Source of the DNA: Sphyrna mokarran
Lineage: Eukaryota
NCBI GenBank assembly: GCA_024679065.1
Contig: JAGIQG010000009.1
Location: 81,282,001 to 81,346,000, forward strand
Length of the DNA stretch: 64,000 nt
Reading direction: 5' to 3'
The notes beneath the pieces are model-generated. The model saw only the letters and a program-made list of their open reading frames with translations. It did no database searches and was not told the origin of the DNA. The position numbers were made by a program, and so were the translations under genes. Below, one piece after another: positions 47,958 to 61,481 of the stretch; positions within the stretch are counted from its first letter, which is position 1, and the number at the start of each line of letters is the position of its first letter.

Positions 47958-48867
47958 CTAGTTTAAAGTCCCCCCAGTAGCCCTAGCCAGTCTTCCAGCC
48001 AAGATATTAGTCCCCCTGGGATTCAGGTGCCACCCGTCTTTGCTGTACAGGTCACACCTGCCCCTAAAGAGGTCCCAATGATCCAGGAACCGGAATCCCT
48101 GCCCCCTGCTCCAGTCCCTCAGCCACGTATTCAACCTCCACCTCATACTATTCCTGCTCTCACTCTCCCGAGGCGCAGGCAGCAATCCTGAGATTACTAC
48201 CTTTGCTTTCCTCTCTCTCAGCTGCCTACCCAGTTCCCTATAATCCCTTTTCATGTCCACTTCCCTCTTCCTGCCTATGTCAGTAGTACCTATATGTACT
48301 ACAACTTCCAGTTCCTCACCCTCCCCTTTCAGGATATCTGGGACGCGACCAGAGACATCTCGAATCCCAGCTCCAGGGAGACATACCACCATCCGCGACT
48401 CCCGTCTGCGTCCACAAAAACGCCTGTCCGCCCCCCTCACTAGGGAGTCCCCTATAAGCACTGCCTTTTTGCTCTGTTTTTTAGGTTTTTGTTTTTGTTC
48501 AGCTCCAGGGAGCTGGCCACCACTGCCTCCCTTGGATGAGCTGTCCCCCACAGTAATACTCAGGCAAGAGTACTTATTTTGAAGGGGTCATCTACCGGTG
48601 TACCCTCCATCACCTGAGGTTTCCCCTTACCCATGTGCCTTCTTCCCTTTGCCCTGGTGTGACTACCTGTCTGTAGCTCCTATCAATAATCTCTTCATTC
48701 TCCCTAATGAGTCAAAGGTCCTCAAGCTGCATTTTCAGTTCTTTTACCTGGTCCCGTAGATATTGCAGCTCCACACAGCGATCACAGGTATGGACATCTG
48801 GGAGACTAGGAGCCTCCAAGACCTCCCACATGTTACACTGGCAACAACCTGCTGGCCTCACACCCAT
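47958..48867 (-). pseudogene. CR1 ORF1 (CxxC…CxxC zinc finger/coiled coil + SGNH esterase), disrupted
   Basis: ATG at 48867, MGVRPAGCCQCNMWEV…HTCDRCVEL, then a stop and frameshift. ORF 47958-48551 has IGDSLVR, PGA, HIGTTD and DGWHLN (SGNH blocks). Confidence 0.88.
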
Positions 48868-49287
48868 GCTTGCCCCTTTGTAGTAACCCAGAGAAAAAAA
48901 AAGTAAGAAAGATTAAAAAAAAACTTACCTTGCCTCCCCTTTTTGCTTAGGCCCTGTGAGCCAAGGACCTTACAGCTCACACAAAAACAAACTTACCTGT
49001 TCCTTCTCAGAGCTCCTCTCTCTCTCTCTCTTTTTTAGCTTAGAGGAGGAGGGGGGGTTGGGATACTCTACTTGTGTAGAGTATCGGGATTCCTCACCGC
49101 TCCAATTTATAGTGAGGTTGAAAAAAAACGACACTACCCAAGGTGCTTTGCAACACCTTCCGGGTTTACAAGTTTAGAAAGTTTTAAAAAAACTAGTAAA
49201 ATTTAGACTTAAAAATCGCTCTACTCACTCACAACCTCTTCACTCGCAAATCGCTGCCTCTCCACAGTGCTCCCAAGGAACACTAAC

Positions 49288-49595
49288 GTGGAGAAGAAGT
49301 CCATTTGGCCCGTCGAATCTACACCATCAACAATCCCATCCCACGTCCTATCCCTACGATCCCACACATTTACCTCACGAATCTCTGTAACCTCCACATC
49401 CTGGGACACTAAGGGGCAATTTAGCATGGCCAATCAACCTAACCCACATATCTTTGACTGTGGAAGGAATCCGGAGCACCCAAAGAAAATCCACGCAGAC
49501 ACGGGGAGAATGTGCAAATTGCACAGTGATCCAAACCGGGAATCAAGCCCAGGTCCTTGGAGCTGTTAGACAGCAGTGTTAACCACTATGCCACC
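49288..49595 (-). mobile_element. tRNA-derived V-SINE (paralog of 14680-14990)
   Basis: Same sequence; the full-length CR1 inserted into its 3' end. Confidence 0.8.
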
Positions 49596-50153
49596 TGGTT
49601 CTAAACCATGACCATGGTATGGGAATAAAAATCTTAAAGTTGTTGGCAATGTTGTTCCATTTGTGATTCTCTGGAAATAAAATCACAAGGTGCATTCTGT
49701 TCGAGGAGGGAATGGATTCAGCAATCTGAAAGTTTAAGCTGTTGTTGTAAAGAGTTCACTCTGGGCCCGATTTTACCAATTGGAGCCTAAGGGCCGGATC
49801 CAGGAATAATACCGATCCGAGCCCAGAATTGTCACTGCAGCAAGACCATACGCTTATTATATATATTTTGAAATAATGTAGCATCTTCTTAGTGCTGCCT
49901 AATTATCTCTGGGAAAGGTAATTAAACTACAGTGTCCTAGTGAGCAATTAGTGAGCTGTTTGTCCCTGTAACCATGAGCCCGGTGCTCAAATGTTCAGTC
50001 ATGTGGTGAACTTGGAAGAATTGTCCCCGTGGGGGAACTTGGTTGGAAATAAGATTCAAGGAGATTATTAAATCTGGGAAATCAACCATAGTGAAAAGAA
50101 GTTTGTATTGGCAACTCTTCTCTCACATTCCATGGCAGATGTGTCCCTACTTA

Positions 50154-50840
50154 GAACATAGAACATAGAACATTACAGCACAGTACAGGCCCTTCGGCCC
50201 TCGATGTTGCGCCGGCCAGTGGACCCTCTAACCTAAACTATTCCAATATCATCCATATGCCTATCCACCGAACATTTGAATGCCCCAAAGTAGGCGAGTC
50301 CACAACTGCTGCAGGCAGGGCATTCCACGCCCTCACCACCCTCTGTGTAAAGAACCTGCCTCTGACATCCGTCCTATAACTACCACCTCTTAATTTAAAA
50401 TTATGTCCCCTCATGTTGGTCATCACCATCCGAGGAAAAAGGCTCTCACTATCCACCCTATCCAATCCTTTGATCATCTTATACGCTTCAATTAGGTCAC
50501 CGCGTAACCTTCTTCTCTCTAATGAAAATAACCTCAGGTCCCTCAGCCTTTCCTCATAAGGCCTTCCCACCATACCAGGCAACATCCTGGTAAACCTCCT
50601 CTGCACCCTTTCCAATGCTTCCACATCTTTCTTATAATGCGGCGACCAGAACTGTACGCAATACTCCCAGTGCGGCCGCACCAGAGTTTTGTACGGTTGT
50701 AACATAACCTCACGGCTCCTAAATTCAATCCCTCTACCAATAAAAGCTAACACACCGTACGTCTTCTTAACAACTTATCAACCTGGGTGCCAACTTTCAA
50801 AGAGCTATGTACTTGTACCCCAAGATCCATCTGCTTGAAT
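50154..50840 (-). mobile_element. 5'-truncated CR1 LINE
   Basis: ORF 50238-50753; 8-bp TSD cctactta (50146-50153/50841-50848); empty site at about 15545. Confidence 0.95.
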
Positions 50841-51109
50841 CCTACTTATGAATGTGACTTGCACGGACAACGTTGGGTGCAGCTAATCTGCCTCTGGAGC
50901 AGCCTTGGATGCTTTCTTTCTTCTTTTCATCTGAACATTCCACGGAATTAGAGGAATTCCCTTTGGAAAATAATGTCAAAATTATAATGCCAGGAACTAA
51001 AAACCCAACAGTTAAAAATTTGGGAAAATATTTCAAAATATGGTTGGGGGGATATATATTTTGAAATATTTTTCCAAAGACTGTCAGATTGGAAGATTGA
51101 AATGTAACC

Positions 51110-51460
51110 AACAAAGGAAGTGAAAGAAGCAGCTGAATATTTGTTACTGAGACGGGAACAATTATCTGAACAACATTAAACTTTCAGACTCAAAACAAAT
51201 AAAAACACTAGCAGTGGAGGGAGTGGGAGGAATCTTGGAGACTGACACCGACAGGAACAATCTAAACAGCTGAAACTCCCATTTCCTCAGTCCCTGCCCG
51301 TCACTGATCAGGAACTCCCCGAGGGGAACCCTCTCGCTCTGTCACTCTCTCACTCTCTCTCTCTCCCTCTCTCTCTGCTTCTGTCTTTCTCTCCTCTCTC
51401 TCACTCCTCTCTCTGGATGAAAGCTTCAGCAACTTGCAGCAAATTAATTCATTTCCATCT
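51110..51460. promoter_or_regulatory. Candidate 3' enhancer of cluster 3
   Basis: GGAAGTGAAA 51116-51125; CAGCTG boxes; TCCCCGAGGGGA 51316-51327. Confidence 0.4.
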
Positions 51461-52750
51461 TTCTAATTATTTGAAAAATTCACTGAGTGACATTTTGAGT
51501 CCCCAGTCTAAATTTTTCCCTCTCACTCACTACACCTGACACCAGGAAATGGTCAATACCGTTTTACTGTACCAGTTCGATTTGCTGGATGTTTGTTACT
51601 GAGACGGGAGAAAATGGTGAACCGTGTTCACTACCTCCAATCTCCCAGCACAGAAGGCACAGTGGGATACAGTCAGGAGGGAGTTATCCTGGGAATCCTC
51701 AACAACATTCCAGACTCCATGTAGTCTCTCAGTACCATGTCAAACACAGACAAGGAAACCTCCTCTGGTTACCACATACCATCCCCCTCAGTTGATGAAT
51801 CAGTTCTCCTCCATGTTGAACACCACTTGGAGGAAGCACTGAGGGTGGGAAGGACACAGAATGTACTCTGGGTGGGGAATTCAATGTCCATCACCAAGAA
51901 TTACTCCTTGAGGTTCACCAGGATGTTGCCTGGTATGGAGGGTCTTAGCTATGAGGAGAGATTGGGTGAACTGGAGTTGTTCTCCCTGGAATGATGGAGA
52001 ATGAGGGGAGATCTAATCGAGGTGTACAAAATTATGAAGGATATAGATAAGGTGAACAGTGGAAAGCTTTTTCCAAGGTCGGAGGTGACGATCGTGATGG
52101 GTCACAGGCTGAAGGTGATGGAAACGAGGTATAACTCAGATATCAGAAGGACGTTTTTTACACAGAGGGTGGTGGGGGCCTGGAATGCACTAACAAGTAG
52201 GGCGGTGGAGGTGGACACGCTGGGATTGTTTAAGACTTACCTGGATAGTCACATGAGCAGACTGGGAATGGAAGGATACAAACAATCTTCTGCTGATGTG
52301 TCATTGATGATGATGTGGAGATGTCGGCGTTGGACTGGGGTAAACAGAGTAAGAAGTCTCACACCACCCGGTTAAAGCCCTTCACCACTCCAGGCCTGTG
52401 CTCTCATTGGTCCAACTACACCGTTTGTTTGTATTTAAAGACATAATGAAGGGTCAGTGCTCTGAAAGCGAGTGGTTTGTGCTACTAAATAAACCTGTTG
52501 GACTTTAATCTGGTGTCAGACTGCTTCCTGTGTCATTGATTGACAGTCCAAGCAACCAATCAGGACAATCACTTGTTGAAATGCAGCCAATCAGCTGATG
52601 GGGAGGTGGGACATTTCCAAAGCACTCACCAGACATATACTGAATATTCTTAATGTTTATTACCTTTTACACATTGACAATGAGAGAAAAAAGACTTGAA
52701 TAAACAGCCCAGTCAGAGGAAGCTGGAGAAATTCACGGGGAGAATGGAGG

Positions 52751-52756
52751 TTTATT
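52751..52756 (-). terminator. Polyadenylation signal AATAAA of cluster-3 C gene
   Basis: Paralogous to 19413-19418. Confidence 0.75.
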
Positions 52757-53135
52757 GAAACACTTGTGGAGATTTTCTCAATAGCATGAGAATCCTGTCC
52801 CTTTAAACAGTGACTAAAGCTTCAATTGTAACTGCAGGGTGAGCAGGAAGGAGGTCTGGTTTACTGAAGCAGATACTTCAGAGGGTCACATTATTTTTGT
52901 ACAGCTGACAGTTTTCAGCACTCCCAATAAATGAACAGCACAGGGTTAATAGAGAGTAAAGCTCCCTCTACAATATCCCAACAATGTTCTTTAACCCCTG
53001 ACCCACAGAAGTGTCTCAGACCCAGTCCCAGGAAGGAAGAGAATTGTAATTCAATGCTGACAGTGACCTTCACTCTCCCAGCTCACCCCTGTTCTATTCC
53101 AAGTTGTGTCTCCTCTGTGGACTGTCTCTAACACT

Positions 53136-53464
53136 CTAGGCACATTCTGAACTCCTGACACTCTTGCTGAGGGGAGAGGAGAGGCTCACGTGGGTGAGGG
53201 CACAGGAGAAGCGAGCGTTGGACTCCCAGTCGGAGCCAGAGAGGGTCAGCAGGCTGCTGACACTGTAGGTGTTGTCCGAAGCTCGCAGGTAGTTGCTGGT
53301 CTGAATCCCGTTGGAAATGGCTGCACCGTCCTTCTTCCACTTCACCTCCACCTCATCGGGATAGAAGTGATCGGCAAGGCACACCAGGGTGGCAGTGCCC
53401 TTGGTCTTGACCTCCTCCGGGGAGGGGGGCAGCAGGGTCAGCGTGGGTTGTGAATTCTCACGGG
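53136..53464 (-). CDS. IGKC: Ig kappa-type constant exon, cluster 3
   Basis: CAG acceptor at 53465-53467; protein identical to 19796-20124; TAG at 53136-53138. Confidence 0.97.
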
Positions 53465-55309
53465 CTGGAAAAGAAGAGAAGGAATTTTAATCACTGCCAT
53501 TTTCAGCCTTTCATCCTCCCGAATATTAACTGGGATCAAATCAGTGTCAATGATTTGATGTTGCAGAATTCTGAAAATCCATTCGAGGGGAACGTTTTTA
53601 ACCAGTACGGAAAAACCCCAACAAGGGAAGTGGCAATTTTAGCAGTTTTAGAGAATGAAACTCAGCATGTGGAAGGTGTATCAGTGAGAGAGCATTTGGG
53701 TAATAATGATGATAATAGATTTAGAGTAGCTCCGGAAAAGGGGAAAGATCGATCAAGAGTAAACGTTTTAAATGGGAAAAGGCCAATTTCACTAAACTGG
53801 AATTTGCCAAAATGGAAAGGAAACAGTGACTTGAAGGTAAATCAGTGTCAGAGCAGTGGGAGGATATTCGAGCTGGAGATAGAGTTCAGGACATATATGT
53901 TCATCAAGCAATAGCGTGGGACATTGCAAAGAGAATAACTAAGGATTAAATAGGGCTGATTAGAGAGCAAAAAGGTAACTTGTGTGTGGAAAGAGAAGAC
54001 GTATAGCTGGTTCTTAATGAATAATTTACATCAAATATCATAAGTGGGAGAGACAAAGTTGACATTGTAGTTCAAGAGGGGAGGGATTGTGAAATAATTC
54101 ATGGGATAATGATAGTGAGCGAGGAGATATTAATGTATTTATCATCTTTTAAAATGGAGAAATTCCCAGGGACGGGTGAAATGTATCCCAGGATGCGAAG
54201 GGAATCAAGGGAAGAAATAGCAGAGACTCTGACCATTATTTTCCAATCCTCTCTGGGTATAGGTGTCAGTGTAGGTGGACTGGAGGATGGATAATGCTTT
54301 TTAAAATTAAAAGCTGGTGGAATCCAAGGGAAAGTGGCACATTGGACTTCAAATTCGTTTAATGTCTAAGGGTAAAGGTTTGATCTGAAGCTGGTTGAAT
54401 CATTTTGCAATGTTACTGAAACATTTGTAAAGAAGATTACTACAAATTCAGCACTGAAATAGTTAATTTTGAGAGTATTTAAAGACACAGTGTCCCTTTA
54501 AGAGACTGTTAACCAATCAGGAAGCTGGAACTATTGCTCAGTCTGTCTGGGGGAAACAGGTTGAGCATCAACAAACCTCAGATCACACACAGATCAGGAG
54601 AACTTTATCCCAGAACATTGGAGCAGACTTCACACAGGATTCCGATTAGGTGGTGTAGAAACTTCTAGATTTCATTTCAAACCTTACTGCCCAGCACGGG
54701 GCTGAGGTCAAGGGTGAGGCTAGAATTAGTCTCAGTGTCCAGGGGTCAGACAGGGTCACTGCTCCGAATGACCCCATGAACTCTGGAGGGTGCTTTTATG
54801 TTATCAGTGGGAGAGAGTCAGGATCAGGAATCTCCAACCTCACAGACAGAATTACATTTCTATAGCACCTGTCACCACCTCAAAATGTCCCAATGTGTTT
54901 TACAGCTCACTGTGCGCAGCAAGATCCCAGAGAGCAGATTGAGAAAGAACAGATAAGCAGATTTGTAGTGATATTGTTTGAGGGATGAATATTGACCAGT
55001 TCACCGGGGTGAACTCCCATGCTCTTCTTCCCATAGCACCATGGGGTCTTTTACACCCCCTGAGAGGGCAGATATCAGATTGTCTCATCTGAAAGATGGG
55101 AGGCCTGTAGTTTAGAGGGGGATGACAGGTGCTGGGCTTTTCCCCATGAAGATTTTGGAAGTGGATGGGGAAAGTGGGAGGTGAACGAGAGAAACATCTT
55201 TGTTGCTGCTGAAACTCTTGCTATCTGCTCAGTCACAACTAATAAACACACAGAAACATCAGAGAAACATCAGTCTGTTTCTGTGGATTCTCTGCTGCTT
55301 TCAGTTCAA

Positions 55310-56690
55310 TGAAGAGTGCAGGAGGACATGCCAGGAGTAATGACAGACATACTGAAAAATGAGGTGTTAACTTGGTGAAGCTACAACACAGAGACTGTGT
55401 GCCAAACAGCGGAAGCAGCAAGTGATAGATAGAGTTAAACCATCCCACAACCAATGGATCAGATCTAAGCTCTGCAGTCCTGCCACATCCAGCCGTGAAT
55501 GGTGGTGGACAATTAAGCAACTCACTGGAGGAGGAGGCACCACAAATATTCCCATCCTCAATGATGGAGGAACCCAGCACATCAGTACAAAAGATAAGGC
55601 TGAAGCATTTGCTGGAATCTTCAGCCAGAAATTCTTAGTGGATGATTCATCTCAACCTCCTCCAGAGGTCCTGAAGACTTGTACTCCAAAACTTCCCATG
55701 TCCATCATCAAGCTGTTCCAGTATATCTACAACACTGCCATCAACACAACATTGTGACAAATTACCCGGTTATGAACTGCACAAAAATCAGGATAAATCC
55801 AATCTATACAATAACCATCCCATCAGTCTACTCTCGATCATCAGCAATGTGATCTGAACATATCCAGAGCGATACCAAGCAGCACTTACTCAGCAATAAT
55901 CTGCTCACTGACACTCAGTTTGTGTTCCACCAGGATCACTCAGCTCCTGATCTCATTACAGTCTTGGTTCAAACATGGACAAAAGAGCTGAACTCTAGAG
56001 GTGAGGTGAGAGAGACTGTCCTTAACATCAAGGCAGCATTTCAGCAAGTGTGGCATCAAGGAGCCCTCACAAAACTGGAGCCAATGGGAATCAGGGGAAA
56101 ACTCTTCACTGGTTGGAGTTGTACCCGACACAAAGGAAGATGGTTGTTGTTTGGGGTTTAACTCTACAATCTATATTAATGAGCTGGATGAAGAGAATGA
56201 GAGGAATGTCATTAGACTTGCTGATGATAAAATGAAAAATAGAAATGCATGTTGTGAGGAGGATACAGAGTCTGAAAAGGGATAGAGATAGGTTCAGTGA
56301 ATGGGGAAACATTGACAGATGCAGAATAATGTGGGAAAATGTGAGGTTGTCCACTCTGGCAGGAGAATAGAGCAGAATACTAGTTAACTGGAGAAATTCT
56401 ATCGAGTGATCTGGGTGTCTTTGCATCCAGGAACAGAAAAATATTAGGAAGACAAATGGAATGTTGCTCGTCATTCCAATGAGGATGACTATAAAAGGAG
56501 GGATGTTTTACTACAGCACATTGGGAAAATCACACTGAGAATATTGTGGACACTTAGGGCCTCCTTACTTAAGGAAAGATATAGTAGAATTGGAAAGAGT
56601 TCAGAGATGGTTCACTGGGCTGATTCCACCGAGTAAGGGATTGTCTTTTGAGGAAAGCTTGAGCAGGTTGGGCCGATACTCATTGGAGTA
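55310..56690 (+). mobile_element. Degenerate LINE fragments in the J-C intron (paralog of 21915-23310)
   Basis: Same broken ORFs (55422-55757, 55922-56161). Confidence 0.8.
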
Positions 56691-57140
56691 GAACTTATTC
56701 CACCACCTCAGCACCATCTTCACCCGGGCAATTAGGGATGGGTGATAAATACTGGTCTGCAGAGAATCACAGGAAATAGGAACAGGAATAGGCCATTTGG
56801 CCCTTTGAGACTGTCCCACTATTCATCATGATCATGGCTGATCATCCAATCAGTAGCCAGATCCTGCCTTCTCCAACAAATCCTTTCATCCTATTCACCC
56901 CAAAAGTTAAATCTAAGACCTTCTTGAAAATATTTTGGCCTCAACTCTTTCTGTGACAGTGAACTCCACAGGTTTACCCCTCTCTGGGTGAAGGAATTTC
57001 TCCTCAGCCCAGTCCTAAAAGGTTTAACCCATATTCTCAGATTATGATGCCTCAAATTAGATGCTCCCAGCATTGGGAACATGCTTCCTGTATTGGCCTA
57101 TCGAGTCTGCATCAACTCTTACCCCATAAGATGTCACCAT

Positions 57141-58160
57141 ACCACAGAGGGTGGTGGTTGATGGGAAATATTCAACCTGGAGTGCAGTTACAAGTCGTGA
57201 CCTCAAGGATCTGTTTTAGGGCCACTACTGTTTGTCATTTTTATAAATGACCTAGATGAGGGTGTAGAGGGTTGGATTAGTAAATTTGCTGATGATACCA
57301 AAGTGGGGGGAATTGTTGACAGTGAGGATGGATGTTGCAGTTTGCAGAGGGACATAGATAGGTTGCAGAGCTGGGCCGTGAGGTGGCAAATGGAATTCAA
57401 TACGGATAAGTGTGAGGTGATTCACTTTGGTAGGAATAACAGGCATATGAAATATAGGGCTAATGGAAGGACCCTTAATAGTGTTGTCGAGCAGAGGGAT
57501 CTTGGGGTACAAGTACATAGCTCTTTGAAAGTTGGCACCCAGGTTGATAAAGTTGTTAAGAAGGCGTACGGTGTGTTAGCTTTTATTGGTAGAGGGATTG
57601 AATTTAGGAGCCGTGAGGTTATGTTACAACTGTACAAAACTCTGGTGCGGCCGCACTTGGAGTATTGCGTACAGTTCTGGTCGCCGCATTATAAGAAAGA
57701 TGTGGAAGCATTGGAAAGGGTGCAGAGGAGGTTTACCAGGATGTTGCCTGGTATGGTGGGAAGGCCTTATGAGGAAAGGCTGAGGGACCTGAGGTTATTT
57801 TCATTAGAGAGAAGAAGGTTACGCGGTGACCTAGTTGAGGCGTATAAGATGATCATAGGATTGGATAGGGTGGATAGTGACAGCCTTTTTCCTTGGATGG
57901 TGATGACCACACAAGGGGACATAACTTTAAATTAAGAGGTGGTAGTTACAGGACGGATGTCAGAGGCAGGTTCTTTACACAGAGAGTGGTGAGGGCGTGG
58001 AATGCCCTGCCTGCAGCCTACTTTGGGGGCATTCAAATGGTCGGTGGATAGACATGTAGATGATATTGGAATAGTTTAGGTTAGAGGGTCCACTGGCCGG
58101 CGCAACATTGTGGGCCGAAGGGCCTGTACTGCGCTGTAATGTTCTCTGTTCTATGTTCTA
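57141..58160 (+). mobile_element. 5'-truncated CR1 LINE in the cluster-3 J-C intron
   Basis: ORF 57303-57935 is the RT C-terminus; GTTCTAT tail; empty site at about 24605; same subfamily as 50154-50840. Confidence 0.93.
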
Positions 58161-58683
58161 TAACTCCCATGTATTTACCCAACTATTCCCTCTAACCTGT
58201 TCGAATTTTATAAGTCTCCATGAGTTGTTTCCTCATTCCTCTGAACTCCAGTGAATATAAGTCTTAACCAACTCAATCTCTCCTCATACATCAGTCCTAT
58301 TATAACAGGAATCTGTCTGGGATACCTTCCCTGCACTTCCTCTAGAGCAAAAATATCCTTCCAGAGATAGGGAGACCAAAACTGCGCACAATATTCCCAG
58401 TGCTGCCTCACCAAAGTCCTGTGTAATTGCAGCAGGTCCGAATTATGAAGACAGAGAGCAGATACAAATGAACTTTTCCCCTTTTAAGAATAATTGAAAA
58501 ACCAGGGAGCATAGGTTTAATTTCAGAAGCAGAAGATTTTGAGGGATTGAAGGAAAAACCTGTTCATTCAGAGGGTGTTAGGATTCTGGAACTCACTGCC
58601 TGAAAGTGTGGTGGAGGCAGGAACCCTCACAACATTTAAGAAGTATTTAGATGAGCATTTGAAATTGCAAAGTATACAAGACT

Positions 58684-59485
58684 GAGAAAGACGTCGACTT
58701 AGAGGAGATCTAATAGAGGTGTACAAGATTAAGAGGGGTATAGATAGAATAAACAGGATTAAGCTTTTTCTTAGGATGAACTCGAATAGCACGAGGGGTC
58801 ACGGGCTTAGGGTGAGGGGGGTAAGGTATAATTTGGATGCTAGAGGGAGTTTTTTCACACAGAGGGTGGTGGGGGTATGGAATGCGCTGCCAAGTAAAGT
58901 GGTGGAGGCAGGTACTCTGGAGTTATTTAAGAAATACTTAGATGGGCACATGAACAGAATGGGAATGGAGGGGTATAGAAAACTGATTTAAAATAGGCAT
59001 CATGAGCCTTGGGAGTCCCTGGGAAGTGTGTAAATAGATGATGATATTGATGTACTTGTTTTTATCCTACAGGTGCTTTGGTCCACCTTGTTGTCTAACA
59101 AGGGGCATACACGCGATGGGTCGTGAGAGGGCTGCTCTTGGATCTTTTTCGAGAGTATCCTAGTGCTTCACGTCGTTAGTGTACGCTTGACCTGGACCAT
59201 TTGATGGGCAACACGACAGCTCAGTGACTATCTCTGTGCAGTGCAGATACATGGATTTGGGCCCGTGTCTGTGGGAGGTTGCGCATTCTCCCCGTGCTTG
59301 TGTGGATTTTCTCCGGGTACTCCGGTTTCCTCCCACATCCCAAAGATGTGCTCTTAGACTAATTGGCAAAACAAATTCTCCCTAAATTGTCTTAAATTTG
59401 GTTTTTAATCCATAGATCTATAAACATAGACAGGGATCACGGGTAGAAGTGGGAACATCGGGGTGAAGGACATATTAGTTTGTTA
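58684..59485 (+). mobile_element. CR1-type ORF2 3' end followed by a long 3' region containing a V-SINE-like body
   Basis: ORF 58719-58991 FFTQRVVGVWNALP…; SINE-like body at 59215-59390 related to the insert at 301-744. Confidence 0.65.
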
Positions 59486-60785
59486 TTTTTCATGAAATAA
59501 CAGGGAAATGGATAAAAAATTCAACTGTACACCTGAGCTGTGTGTACTGGTACTGATGTGACAGAATGTAAGTTGAAACATTTTTTTGGGTGCTCCAGTT
59601 TCCGTCCACATTCCAAGATGGCCAAGAATATAAAGTGACCAGCATCTGGGAAATTCCGATGTGGGTTATATTTGACTGACCAGACCCGAGAGTAGATGGA
59701 ATATCCCATTCCAGGTTAGATGGATTGGCAATGCTAAATTGCCCCGAGTGTGTTCTTTAGGTGGGTTAGCAATGGTAAATGTGCAGGGTTACAGGGAGCC
59801 TAGGTAAGAAGCTCTTTTGGAGAATCGGGTGAAAAGATTTCCCTCACATCTCTCAAAATTTCCTGCCACTGTGATCAACGGGAAAAGTTTCCTCATATCT
59901 ACCCTATCTCTGTCTCTCATAATTCTGTCGATGGACTGAATATCCTCCTCCTGCACTGTCGGGATTCAATGGCTAATAAAAAAAACTACACGGACTGTGT
60001 AAGGTTTCCATAGGTGATGGGATCCATTTTAAATGATCCCTGTTGTGACCAATCAAGGGCAGGATTCCAGCTGATTATTCCTCACCCAGAGGAAAACAAA
60101 ATTGGGATCCAGTTCAGGCAGTTAACAAATGAGGGACCCTGTCTGAGGACTAGTCACAACATGTACACAGCAAGATCCCACATACAGCAATGAGAACAAT
60201 CAGCATTTCCAGTGATGTTGGATCCGGGATAAATGTCGGATTGAACTCATCCCAAAGAGAAAGTAACAAAAGCCTGGAACACTGAAGCCACTGGATTGTG
60301 AGCCCTGCTGTGGCTGTTTGTCATCAGAACTTCAGCAAGAGAGAAGCAGGGAGTGGAGAGAGCAGAGTGAAAGCTGGGGCAGGTGGCACCTCGGTGTCTC
60401 ACTGTGCTGCTGCTGTGATCAGTTATATCAGAGAGTGAGACAGAGAGTTCAACTTCACATCAAACTCTGCCTGTGTGTGTCACACTGAGACTGACAGGAG
60501 TCCAGAGAGTGATTTCACTCCATGCTGCAGGAATGTGAATACCGTCTGCAAACGTCCAGATCTCCTCCACACGGTGGGTAAAAGCTGCTTACTGAAATCT
60601 TGCTGCTTAAAGAGGGGAATGGAAGGAAAGAAATACAGCTGGACTCCCTGTTCTACACAATGTTCTTCAATCAACCATTTCATTGACTGTAACTTCCTCA
60701 CTAACATCTTCAACTATTCAGTATTCGTGTTTGAGAAAGTTTCAACATTGAAAGGGTTAATAACGGAGGATTGGGCTTTACTTAC

Positions 60786-60820
60786 TCAGTCTGAGTTTGG
60801 TTCCTTTAGCAAACGTAAGA
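60786..60820 (-). CDS. IGKJ: Ig kappa-type J segment, cluster 3 (LTFAKGTKLRL)
   Basis: Identical to J1 and J2; GTAAGT donor; 23-RSS. Confidence 0.95.
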
Positions 60821-60859
60821 CACACTGACAGCTTCCAGTGCAGGAGCTGAACAAAAACC
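60821..60859 (+). promoter_or_regulatory. Recombination signal sequence, 23-bp spacer (J3)
   Basis: CACACTG 60821-60827, 23 nt, ACAAAAACC 60851-60859. Confidence 0.96.
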
Positions 60860-61156
60860 TCTGTCTCTGACTCACTCACTCACTGACTCATCTCTTTCTC
60901 TCTCACTCTTTTTCTCTCACTCTTTCTCTCTCTCTGTTTTTCTCTCGCTCTGTTACTCTCAATATCCGTGTGTTTTATTGGGAGTGTTGAGAATTCTAAT
61001 GCGAGATGATAAATCTTTTTGCTGCTTTTCATATGTGAACATGGAGAGTAAGAGGGAAACTCAAGGCCTTCAGTGAGCAGTGGACACCACAGGGACTGGA
61101 GTGTGTAGTGGACAGTGCAAATAATTTGTTCAGTTTCCTTTCTGTTGTTTATTAAA

Positions 61157-61449
61157 TATTACAGAAAACTGTGAATTGTCAGTACAGGAAGTGGGATTGT
61201 GTGTCCATTATTATATATTATATAAAACTGTGGGATTTGTCAGTACAGGAGGTGGGACTGTGTGTCCATTATTATATATTATATAAAACTGTGGGATGTG
61301 TCAGTACAGGAGGTGGGACTGTGTGTCCATTATTATATATTATATAAATCTGTGGGATGTGTCAGTACAGGAGGTGGGACTGTGTGTCCATTATTATATA
61401 TTATATAAAACTGTGGGATGTGTCAGTACAGGAGGTGGGACTGTGTGTG
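61157..61449. repeat. 61-bp minisatellite between J3 and V3 (about 5 units, first one degenerate)
   Basis: Same unit as 2768-3340. Confidence 0.93.
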
Positions 61450-61453
61450 TTGG

Positions 61454-61481
61454 GGTTTTTGTAAGGCTCTGTATCACTGTG
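61454..61481 (-). promoter_or_regulatory. Recombination signal sequence, 12-bp spacer (V3)
   Basis: CACAGTG-ATACAGAGCCTT-ACAAAAACC on the minus strand. Confidence 0.98.

Larger units (their letters stand above)
44956..49282 (-). mobile_element. Near full-length CR1 LINE (5' UTR, ORF1 zinc finger/SGNH esterase, ORF2 APE-RT, 3' tail), frameshifted
   Basis: About 4.3 kb; (AGAACAT)n tail; TSD ctaac (44951-44955/49283-49287); empty site at about 14690. Confidence 0.95.

Noticed and set aside
52892-52930. Cryptic RSS (kappa-deleting-element-like) in the C 3' UTR
   Set aside because: TTTTTGT-ACAGCT resembles the J nonamer and spacer start, but there is no heptamer at 12 or 23 bp and the paralog (about 19553) is mutated. 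I saw no convincing KDE/RS-type RSS by eye; an RIC scan would be decisive.
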